Of a stretch of DNA of 57,561 bases, positions 8,450-15,605 are shown in pieces. This DNA comes from a virus (taxonomy: Duplodnaviria > Caudoviricetes). The stretch lies in IMG/VR virus record IMGVR_UViG_3300037697_000007, positions 1 to 57,561 of that record, one strand, 5' to 3'. Made by a program: the position numbers and the translations under genes. Below the pieces are notes generated by a model, which was given only the letters and a program-made list of their open reading frames with translations, was not told the DNA's origin and did no database searches. Positions within the stretch are counted from its first letter, which is position 1. Every line of letters begins with the position of its first letter.

Positions 8450-8594
8450 TTCAATCTCCTTTATTTTGGGCGATACAATTCTCTAAGGGGCAATGAAACA
8501 ACCATAGCCTTCCTTCTCCATCCCTGACGTGTAGTGCAGGAACCAAGTGCGCATGACGAGTTACTTCCATTCCACATCAAAGACATTCTGCCGC

Positions 8595-8960
8595 TTAATC
8601 TTTGATGGTTGTGCGATACCGCAACCAAGTTCGCGAGGCTTGCTGCATGGGGCTATGCCAGCCTATGTTTACGGTGCAACTCGCCCATGTAGGCGTACTT
8701 TCTATCGCGTCACTTGCGGCAGCAAAAGGCGTAAAAAAGCCCGAATTGAAAAGGATTCGGTTGAACTGTCTAGCAAGGCGGAAATTGGTTAGGACGACTT
8801 TTGCCTTACTGAACACCGAACCCTTATCAATACGGGCTGATAGCGTCCTAACCAAAACCGCACCATTTGACCGTTCAAAGCCAATTGCTGCGGGTGAAAC
8901 AATAAATCCATTCTGCAATTTTCGCAACTCCTTTTTACTCCAGCATCCCAACAATCCCAT
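8595..8960 (-). CDS. Hypothetical protein (start uncertain)
   Basis: ORF track; AT-rich. Confidence 0.45.
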   Translation of the reverse strand: MGLLGCWSKKELRKLQNGFIVSPAAIGFERSNGAVLVRTLSARIDKGSVFSKAKVVLTNFRLARQFNRILFNSGFFTPFAAASDAIESTPTWASCTVNIGWHSPMQQASRTWLRYRTTIKD

Positions 8961-9069
8961 AAGCCAGCAGCAGCACGATCAGCACCAGCGCGGTGTATCG
9001 CGGCCCCATTGCGTTCTCGATTGCCGACCAGCGGCCTTCGCCCATCTTGTCCAGGCGCTGCGGCTTCAT
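8935..9069 (-). CDS. Small membrane protein
   Basis: MKPQRL...ALVLIVLLLAYGIVGMLE hand-translated; ATGA overlap. Confidence 0.55.
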   Translation of the reverse strand: MKPQRLDKMGEGRWSAIENAMGPRYTALVLIVLLLAYGIVGMLE

Positions 9070-9275
9070 GGCTGGCTCAACACGATATACCCGATCACAA
9101 CCACTGCCAGCCCGTACACAACCAGCACGAAGCCAAAATTGAAGTTGGAAATATCCTCGATCTCTTCGTGTTCGTTCGCCAGAACGATATGCTCATCGCG
9201 ACCGAATGCCTCTTTAGTGGTGCGCGGGAATCGGTGGCCAGCGTTGCCGTATTCGGCGTATAGGTTATCTGTCAT
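9066..9275 (-). CDS. Small membrane protein (RFPRTTKEAFG motif)
   Basis: C-terminal TM segment; motif typical of betaproteobacterial phage early ORFs. Confidence 0.65.
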   Translation of the reverse strand: MTDNLYAEYGNAGHRFPRTTKEAFGRDEHIVLANEHEEIEDISNFNFGFVLVVYGLAVVVIGYIVLSQP

Positions 9276-9290
9276 TTTGCGGCCTCGGCT

Positions 9291-9485
9291 TTAGCGATTG
9301 CAGCGCGCCACGAATTCAGCTTCCAGCCGATCCAATTCAGCGATGCGCTCGGCCTCGGTTTGCGGCTTGCCGAACAAGCGCGCCATCGCGCCATCCACAG
9401 CGTCCATCATCGGATTGGCTTGCGCCAGAAATTGCGGCAGGCCCATCGCCTGAGTTCCGTCGCAGAGTGATTTGATTTCGGTCAT
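9291..9485 (-). CDS. Hypothetical protein
   Basis: 64 aa, GAGG RBS. Confidence 0.55.
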   Translation of the reverse strand: MTEIKSLCDGTQAMGLPQFLAQANPMMDAVDGAMARLFGKPQTEAERIAELDRLEAEFVARCNR

Positions 9486-9769
9486 TTTAGGCCTCGAATA
9501 TACTCAACTGGGTCATCCTCACCAGTTTCATCGTCTTGCCAACTTACCCATCCCGGAGTGCCTTCTCCGTCACTATTTTCGTCCCACATATTCAAACCGC
9601 CAGCGTTGCAGTAGTCCGGCTTGATGCGGTTCTCGTATTGGAAGATGTCGTAGTTGGCAAGCACGTCCATTACTTTCACACCTTCTTCAACGCTTTTAAC
9701 GTCCACGTTAAACGCCTTCATCGGCACTTGTGGAACCCACCATACTTGCAGCTTGATTTTCATCTTCAT
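9482..9769 (-). CDS. P22 gp17-like (superinfection/anti-exclusion family) protein
   Basis: KLQVWWVPQVPMKAF...DIFQYENRIKPDYCNAGGL matches this family from memory. Confidence 0.75.
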   Translation of the reverse strand: MKMKIKLQVWWVPQVPMKAFNVDVKSVEEGVKVMDVLANYDIFQYENRIKPDYCNAGGLNMWDENSDGEGTPGWVSWQDDETGEDDPVEYIRGLK

Positions 9770-9773
9770 CCCC

Positions 9774-9971
9774 TTAGTTGATTAGGCTGCTGTTAAAGCC
9801 GCAGCTCGCATCCCTTGCCCCATACATTTCCCAGTAAAATGCGGTTGCGTAGTCGAATGGATTATTTATTGGCTCTATATCAGGCGGTTTTTCTTTGGGT
9901 TTTCCGCCTGCCTTGCGTGGAATGTCGCTCGTTGAGCGCATCACCACCAAAGTCATTAAAAATGCGATCAT
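9774..9971 (-). CDS. Hypothetical protein
   Basis: GGAG RBS, 65 aa. Confidence 0.45.
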   Translation of the reverse strand: MIAFLMTLVVMRSTSDIPRKAGGKPKEKPPDIEPINNPFDYATAFYWEMYGARDASCGFNSSLIN

Positions 9972-10102
9972 TAAAAGCTCCGGTTGTTTGTGGCACTTAA
10001 AGCAGTTCCCGCATCCTGAGTCCCCGGTATCCGCGCCCGTAGTCGTTTTCCCTGTTTAACTCAGCCTCCGTTTAACGCCCAGCGGTTCGCGGCGTTTACT
10101 TT

Positions 10103-10288
10103 TTACGACCGCGACCCCGACCGCGACCGCGACCCCGACCGCGACCGCGACCCCGACCGCGACCACGACCCCGACCCCGACCGCGACCGCGACCCCGACC
10201 GCGACCGCGACCCCGACCCCGACCCCGACCGCGACCACGACCGCGACCACGACCAATCAAGCCCGGTACGCAAAGCCGCTTGGTTCAT
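10103..10288 (-). CDS. Ser-Arg/Gly/Trp dipeptide-repeat peptide
   Basis: MNQAALRTGLD then (S-X) repeats with X = R/G/W; GGAG RBS and ATGA overlap with the upstream gene. Confidence 0.7.
   Translation of the reverse strand: MNQAALRTGLDWSWSRSWSRSGSGSGSRSRSGSRSRSGSGSWSRSGSRSRSGSRSRSGSRS
10106..10254. repeat. Hexamer tandem repeat GACC(G/C/A)C, about 24 units
   Basis: Directly visible; minus strand reads TCG-(C/G/T)GG. Confidence 0.95.
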
Positions 10289-10641
10289 TTTTGGCTCCGC
10301 AACGGTTCTTTACCTTTCACGAAGTCCACAATAGACCCGCAGGACACGCCTATGACTCCATCAGGGAACGGCTCAACCTCGTTGAATTGCCACTTTTTCA
10401 GCGCATCAGCAAATCGGCCTGTATCTGCTACCCATGCGGCATCTTCGAGCATGACCCACTGCGAGCTTGCGGCTACAACGCGACCGACTTCGATCATAGT
10501 TACAGTACGGATAAGGTACACCGCGCCGATTTCAAAAGGCTGGAACTCGCCTTCGAAAATTGGCTTGATCGTAGCGACATTAATCGAGTCCTCGCGAACG
10601 TACTTCACATCGTCAATCGTTATGGTTTCAGGCTTGCTCAT
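10285..10641 (-). CDS. DUF6948-like small beta-barrel phage protein
   Basis: ITIDDVKYVRED, YLIRTVTMIEVGRV, LEDAAWVADTGRF; family recalled, not searched. Confidence 0.65.
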   Translation of the reverse strand: MSKPETITIDDVKYVREDSINVATIKPIFEGEFQPFEIGAVYLIRTVTMIEVGRVVAASSQWVMLEDAAWVADTGRFADALKKWQFNEVEPFPDGVIGVSCGSIVDFVKGKEPLRSQK

Positions 10642-10744
10642 GTCTACCTCCAATGGTTAATAAGTTCCGTCCAAGGCTTGAAAGGAATCTGTCGCACATC
10701 CTTCGGTCTGGCGGTTTGGTTCGGGTGGCCGCCATCCGTATTGC

Positions 10745-10927
10745 TCAATCTGATCTGTGTGTTACTGTCCACATTACGCATGCGTCAAATTTTAAAAAAC
10801 TGAATCCAACATACCCGCCGCTTTTATTTGAGTAGTGGTGGTGATTCCATAATCCAAATCGGATTGCCGGCAACAGATACCACGGCTGATAAATTGGAAT
10901 GCCAAAATTGATATTAAATTCAATCAT
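10745..10927 (-). CDS. Aromatic-rich hypothetical protein
   Basis: 60-aa ORF in the chain. Confidence 0.45.
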   Translation of the reverse strand: MIEFNINFGIPIYQPWYLLPAIRFGLWNHHHYSNKSGGYVGFSFLKFDACVMWTVTHRSD

Positions 10928-10930
10928 CGT

Positions 10931-11158
10931 TCATACCCATCCGCGCATCGCAATTAAATAAACCGAGTGCGAAATCCTTTCGAGTGGTGTTGTTCGAATT
11001 TCCACATCTTCGGATGGCAGAGTGTCGGAGACTTCGTTTTTCACGTCAACAAGAATCTGTCGCAGTTCGCCAACCATCCAGCTTTCGTGCAGGTTGCATT
11101 TCGTAGCAAGGCATCCTTTCAGATTCCCGCGCATTATGCAGTGTGTGCATTGATCCAT
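10931..11158 (-). CDS. Cys-rich hypothetical protein
   Basis: GGAG RBS; CTHC...C...C..H. Confidence 0.65.
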   Translation of the reverse strand: MDQCTHCIMRGNLKGCLATKCNLHESWMVGELRQILVDVKNEVSDTLPSEDVEIRTTPLERISHSVYLIAMRGWV

Positions 11159-11185
11159 TTAGATTCTCCGGTCTGTATTGCTCAA

Positions 11186-11375
11186 TCGTCAGTAGTCAGG
11201 TGGCCGGTGCTAATCTCCGGCGATGGCATTTAACTACTGGTGGCGCTTATGCCTTCCGGCTATTCGCTTATTAGCCATAGCCCTCCCATACTGGGGCAGA
11301 CCCCGCCCCGCCCGAAGAGTATCCATCTTGAAGCCTCAGCACATTAGCTATGCGCATTCACCTGATTACTGACGA
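11186..11375 (-). ncRNA. Putative structured ncRNA with 17-bp closing stem and loop-loop pairing
   Basis: Inverted repeat 11186-11202/11359-11375; loops of the two terminal hairpins (GCUAAU/AUUAGC) are complementary. Confidence 0.6.
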
Positions 11376-11390
11376 CTGCTTGTTATGGAA

Positions 11391-11522
11391 TCAATGCCGT
11401 TCTTCTTTCACCAGCTTGATAAACAGCGGTATGAAGCCAAAAAGAAACCAGCCTTCCCAATGATAGGTATATGTGTAAAGCACTTTCTTTTTTGTTGTGG
11501 ACCACCATCTAAAAACGATCAT
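11391..11522 (-). CDS. Small hypothetical protein (WEGWFLFGFIPL)
   Basis: AAGGAG RBS, 43 aa hand-translated. Confidence 0.6.
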   Translation of the reverse strand: MIVFRWWSTTKKKVLYTYTYHWEGWFLFGFIPLFIKLVKEERH

Positions 11523-11591
11523 GTTTTTCTCCTTAACAACTCAAACCGTCTTGCAAGTTACGTTCTGCCTTTGCTGCCTTGTAATGGATAG

Positions 11592-11747
11592 TAGTGAGAT
11601 TGGCTAGGACTGGATTCGAACCAGCTCGGGAGATCATCCCCTATATTCCGTACATGGAGCGACCATGCAACCAACCAACCTCCTGCTATCCACTACATTT
11701 ACATTCTCGCTACCGTGTGGCCTTACCGTAGTTCCGCCACTTCACTA
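11592..11747 (-). ncRNA. tRNA-like element (canonical T-arm, no canonical cloverleaf)
   Basis: CTGG-TTCGAAT-CCAG then TCCTAGCCA; D-arm-like GTGGCGGAA..GGTA about 100 nt upstream. Confidence 0.35.
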
Positions 11748-11843
11748 TGACCACGATTCAGACTAACGCCGCGCCGGTATTGCTCTATCCTTTGCGAACC
11801 GCTGCTGGCCTGCCGGTTCGGCACTGCACCGCCGATGTGAAGC

Positions 11844-11872
11844 ATTATGATATAACGTATAGCAAAGCGCAA
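11844..11872 (-). promoter_or_regulatory. Leftward early promoter TTGCGC-17-CATAAT
   Basis: Located at the strand-switch point. Confidence 0.65.
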
Positions 11873-11887
11873 GCGATTTATTCACGA

Positions 11888-11915
11888 TTGCAAGAAAATA
11901 GAATTGCTATATAAT
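11888..11915 (+). promoter_or_regulatory. Rightward early promoter TTGCAA-16-TATAAT (probably leaderless cro mRNA)
   Basis: ATG 5 nt after the -10, no RBS. Confidence 0.65.
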
Positions 11916-11920
11916 GCGGC

Positions 11921-12115
11921 ATGGACAAAAAGAAACTTATTGAGTATCTGGGCGGCACATGCAAGGCTGCGGCTGAGAAGCTCGACTACAAATCGGCTAA
12001 TGCGCGCTGCAACATCCAGCGCCTGAGCGACCCGCTTACACCGCGCCAGGTGCAGACGATCACAATGCGGATGAAGGCCAAGCGGATCAAGATTCCTGAA
12101 TCGTTGAGCGAATAA
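11921..12115 (+). CDS. Cro-like HTH regulator
   Basis: MDKKKLIEYLGG..AAAEKL; first gene of the rightward operon. Confidence 0.6.
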   Translation: MDKKKLIEYLGGTCKAAAEKLDYKSANARCNIQRLSDPLTPRQVQTITMRMKAKRIKIPESLSE

Positions 12116-12126
12116 TGGGGATAAAA

Positions 12127-12324
12127 ATGAAGGAAACGGTGATTACCTTAGCTAAGTTGTTTGCAATGGGTGTAATTGTGGCGGCGGGTGTACGCTTATG
12201 CGAGTGGGTTATTCCGGCCCCAGAAATGCGCGTAATAGTCTGCACTGGAAACGACTTCAACAGCGTTGATACATGCATTAGCGCGGCAGAATTGCTTAAG
12301 GATCGCGCTGGCGTGGCTCCATAA
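12127..12324 (+). CDS. Small membrane protein
   Basis: N-terminal hydrophobic segment. Confidence 0.55.
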   Translation: MKETVITLAKLFAMGVIVAAGVRLCEWVIPAPEMRVIVCTGNDFNSVDTCISAAELLKDRAGVAP

Positions 12325-12335
12325 GCAGGAAACAT

Positions 12336-12710
12336 CCCTGAGCAATCAGGGCTAACAAGATAGGCAACTGACGCAATGTGCAATCAAACAGGCGCGCTAA
12401 TCACGCGAGATGTGATAGCAAACAGGCGTACTCAGACAATAGCCGGGTGATTCTGGCGGCGATATGAAACAGTTGCCTTCCTTGTTGGTGCATCCGAATC
12501 GGTGCGGTATCCAGCGCAAGAGATTGCGCGCTCTGGTATGTAGAGGCCAGACACCAACAAATAGTTGCTAGGGTAGCTCCCTAGATGATGTGGCGTAGAG
12601 TACCGGGATAGCCCACAGAGTAAAGTCAGGCTCAAGCAAAGATTAAGTTCGATGTTTAGCGCGTCCTGAAGAACCCGACCAACAACATACACTCCTCCCC
12701 CTGGAGCTTT
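12336..12710 (+). ncRNA. Highly structured non-coding region (several stem-closed domains)
   Basis: Stems 12336-12351 (GCAA loop), 12362-12370/12470-12478, 12482-12490/12552-12560, 12568-12584. Confidence 0.45.
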
Positions 12711-12740
12711 GACCTGTCCTAGTGGCAGGTCTTTTTTTTT
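12711..12740 (+). terminator. Rho-independent terminator
   Basis: GACCTGTC CTAGT GGCAGGTC followed by T9. Confidence 0.85.
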
Positions 12741-12761
12741 CGTAAATTTTGCTACTTGGTA

Positions 12762-12790
12762 TTGCGGTAGTTGGATGGCGGGGTTACTAT
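12762..12790 (+). promoter_or_regulatory. Promoter TTGCGG-17-TACTAT for the replication operon
   Basis: Follows the terminator and precedes a structured leader. Confidence 0.55.
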
Positions 12791-12935
12791 GCAAATGCGC
12801 ACTGTGAGAGGTGCAAATAAAGCTGGTATCAGAATCTCCTTCGGCGGACGACTTCGGGATACCGTTTCAATGACGTTACACGTCGCGCCAGCCCGGTACT
12901 CTCATACCGAGGCCGTCCGACCAAAGGAGATTCCG

Positions 12936-13064
12936 ATGGTACTAAATCCACGTTTTGCACAAGCAATGGCAATCGCCAGATCCATTCCAAAGCGCAAGAA
13001 CAAGCGCGCTGCCATCCTAAAGTGGTGCGAAGTGGCGAAGTCTGCTATCGGGGGTGCAAAATGA
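12936..13064 (+). CDS. Small basic protein (RBS sequestered in leader stem)
   Basis: AAAGGAG RBS; MVLNPRFAQAM... Confidence 0.6.
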   Translation: MVLNPRFAQAMAIARSIPKRKNKRAAILKWCEVAKSAIGGAK

Positions 13065-13234
13065 TTACATTTTTCAGGCTTGAAATATCCGTTGAAGCCG
13101 ATGATAACCGGATTCTAATAGACCAAGATGGCGACATAATTATAATCTGCCCTGAGCAGATTGATGTCCTTTGTGCCGCTCTAAAACGAGCAAAAAAAGA
13201 ATGCTTAGATAATCGCGGATTTGCTGGCGATTAA
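13061..13234 (+). CDS. Hypothetical protein
   Basis: ATGA overlap; MITFFRLEISVE... Confidence 0.6.
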   Translation: MITFFRLEISVEADDNRILIDQDGDIIIICPEQIDVLCAALKRAKKECLDNRGFAGD

Positions 13235-13236
13235 AT

Positions 13237-13929
13237 ATGAGGTACAAAATTTCAAACTGGGGCGACTACCAGCACTATAAAGATCGCTGCCCGCCGTGGA
13301 TAAAACTCCATCACTCGCTAATCACGTCAGAGGTTTGGGTGATGGGGGATGATGCTAGCAGGTCGTTAGCAGTTGCTTGCATGTTGCTAGCAAGCCGCGA
13401 CAATGCGAACGATGGGAGCTTTAATGGTGATCCTGAGTACATAAAAAGATTTGCCTATCTAAACTCAAAGCCTGAATTTAATCACCTTATAAAACATGGT
13501 TTTATAGAATTGGTGCAGGATGCTAGCACACCGCTTGCAGAATGCAACACAGAGCAGAGCAGAGCAGAGACAGAGCAGAGCAGAGCAGAGACAGATATGC
13601 GCTGCCCTGCCGAAACAATTGTTGATGCATATCACCGGCTGATGCCTGAAAATCCAAAATGCAAAGTTCTCAACTCTGCAAGACGCGGGGCAATAAAAGC
13701 CAGATGGAACGAGGCCGCAAAATTAACATGCAGTCCATTCGGCTATGCGACGGCGGATGATGGGATAGCTGCATGGGAAGCGTTTTTCGAAACATGCGCA
13801 AACTCTAAATTTTTAACAGGCAAGGCTTCGCCGCAACCAGGCAAACCCCCGTTCTTTGCTGACATTGACTTTTTGATGTCTCCGGCTGCGTTTGCAAAGT
13901 GCCTCGAAAATAAATATCACAGGGATTAG
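13237..13929 (+). CDS. Replication initiator (lambda O-analogous)
   Basis: NWGDYQHYKDR.PPWIKLH N-terminus, internal repeats, ADIDFLM...CLENKY C-terminus; upstream of DnaB. Confidence 0.8.
   Translation: MRYKISNWGDYQHYKDRCPPWIKLHHSLITSEVWVMGDDASRSLAVACMLLASRDNANDGSFNGDPEYIKRFAYLNSKPEFNHLIKHGFIELVQDASTPLAECNTEQSRAETEQSRAETDMRCPAETIVDAYHRLMPENPKCKVLNSARRGAIKARWNEAAKLTCSPFGYATADDGIAAWEAFFETCANSKFLTGKASPQPGKPPFFADIDFLMSPAAFAKCLENKYHRD
13353..13595. repeat. Putative origin: TGCTAGCA-type iterons plus 21-bp AGAGC tandem repeat
   Basis: TGCTAGCA or variants at 13353, 13364, 13374, 13385, 13521, 13532; ACAGAGCAGAGCAGAGCAGAG twice at 13549-13590. Confidence 0.55.
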
Positions 13930-13932
13930 AAA

Positions 13933-15285
13933 ATGAATGAACCGGCGCACAATCTGGAAGCAGAGCAATACCTATTGGGCGGCCTGATGATTAGCCCGAA
14001 GTCATGGGACGACATCGCCGATCGTGTAGACGAACGTGATTTTTTCCGCGCAGAGCACAAGCTGATTTTCCGGCACATCGGAAAGTTGATCGAATCCGGC
14101 GAAGATGTTGACGTTATCACCGTAGCCGAATCAGTTGAGCGCACCGGCAAGCTGGATAGAATTGGAGGTTTGCCATATTTGGGTAATTTGGCAATGAATA
14201 CGCCATCCGCAGCGAATATCAAGACCTATGCAGACATCGTGCGCCGCAAGTGGAAAGAGCGCGAATTCATGGCAGTGGTTGTTGAGTTGCAATCTACGGC
14301 TGAATCCGAGCAGCCAATCCACGAAAAGATCGAAATCGCCGTTAGTTTGCTCACCGCACTGGCGGACGACAAGAAAGACGAACCGGAACGGCTATCGGAA
14401 GCTGCCTCAAGGGCGATAGAAACGCTAGACCGTAGGTTTTCCAATGGCGGCGACATTCACGGCCTCAAAACGCATCTAATCGACTTCGACCGAAAAACCG
14501 GAGGCTTGCATGCTGGGGACTTGGTTATCGTCGCCGGAAGGCCGTCAGCCGGCAAAACCGCATTCGTCACAAATATCGGCGAAAACGTGGCAATCATTGG
14601 CGGCGGTTCGGTGCTGATGTACAGCCTCGAAATGTCTGGCGAACAACTGGCGACAAGGGCCATCGCTTCGGCAGGATCGGTAAGCCTTAACGTGATGCGC
14701 AGCGCGAAACTGATGGACGAAGATTGGGGAAGGCTTTCGCATGCCGTCGGAAAAATCAGCGATGCCAAGTTTTTCATTGACCAGAACACCGGGATCACCG
14801 CATCGCAAATGCACTCCCGCGCACGACGGATAAAGCGCAAGCATGGCCTTGATTTAATCATCGTTGACTACCTGCAACTGATGGCCGACGGCGGCGACAC
14901 TCGCAACAATGAACTAGCGAGTATTACTCGGAAGTTCAAGCTGATGGCGAAGGATTTGGGAGTGCCGGTTATTTGCCTGTCGCAGCTTTCCCGCAAAGTA
15001 GAAGATCGCGCAGACAAGAGACCAATGATGAGCGACCTTCGCGACTCAGGCGCAATCGAGCAGGATGCAGACGTAATCGTGATGATGTACCGCGAGGAAT
15101 ATTACAACAAGGACACGCCTAACAAAGGCATGGCCGAGGCCAACATCGTCAAGCAGCGAATGGGCGAGACCGGGACTGTGCGGCTTTCGTTTCAGGGCGA
15201 GTATTCGAGATTCGGTAACTTCGCCGGGACGTACTTTGAGCAAGAAAAGAAGCAATCAAGAAGGGGTTTCAATGATGAAAACTAA
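13933..15285 (+). CDS. dnaB: Replicative DNA helicase
   Basis: GRPSAGKT Walker A, IIVDYLQLM, LSQLSR, DLRDSGAIEQDAD. Confidence 0.97.
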   Translation: MNEPAHNLEAEQYLLGGLMISPKSWDDIADRVDERDFFRAEHKLIFRHIGKLIESGEDVDVITVAESVERTGKLDRIGGLPYLGNLAMNTPSAANIKTYADIVRRKWKEREFMAVVVELQSTAESEQPIHEKIEIAVSLLTALADDKKDEPERLSEAASRAIETLDRRFSNGGDIHGLKTHLIDFDRKTGGLHAGDLVIVAGRPSAGKTAFVTNIGENVAIIGGGSVLMYSLEMSGEQLATRAIASAGSVSLNVMRSAKLMDEDWGRLSHAVGKISDAKFFIDQNTGITASQMHSRARRIKRKHGLDLIIVDYLQLMADGGDTRNNELASITRKFKLMAKDLGVPVICLSQLSRKVEDRADKRPMMSDLRDSGAIEQDADVIVMMYREEYYNKDTPNKGMAEANIVKQRMGETGTVRLSFQGEYSRFGNFAGTYFEQEKKQSRRGFNDEN

Positions 15286-15342
15286 GGCCATCATCGCAGC
15301 GCAACGCAAAATCAACAAAACCAATTAACTCAGGAGATAAAA

Positions 15343-15465
15343 ATGGAACGCAAATTAGCATCCGTCAAACGCATTACCGAAATCAGAGCAATCGAAGGAG
15401 CTGACGCAATTGAGTGCGCAATTGTCGGCGGCGGATGGCCGGTAGTGGTGAATCATTTGGAATGA
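15343..15465 (+). pseudogene. Truncated N-terminus of an RNA ligase (40 aa)
   Basis: MERKLASVKRITEIRAIEGADAIECAIVGGGWPVVV is homologous to the start of 16013-17002; strong CAGGAG RBS. Confidence 0.85.
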
Positions 15466-15605
15466 CGGTATAATTCCCTATCGGCTTAGAATCCGATTAA
15501 AATTAACATGGCTTCACATGACCTATGGCGGCGTTAATTCCGTTATTCTAACTTCCAGAAATGGATGATAGGTCAGGTGAAGCCATTTTTATTTGCGGGA
15601 AGAAA

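Noticed and set aside
10056-10256. CRISPR array or Val/Ala-repeat membrane protein
   Set aside because: It is a spacer-less hexamer repeat; the Val/Ala frame lacks an RBS whereas the Ser frame has an RBS and ATGA coupling.
11601-11680. Functional tRNA gene or amber suppressor
   Set aside because: No 7-nt anticodon loop and no proper acceptor/D-arm spacing; kept only as tRNA-like.
12362-12478. Hammerhead ribozyme
   Set aside because: CTGACGC and GAAAC are present, but the CUGANGA core and three-stem geometry are not satisfied.
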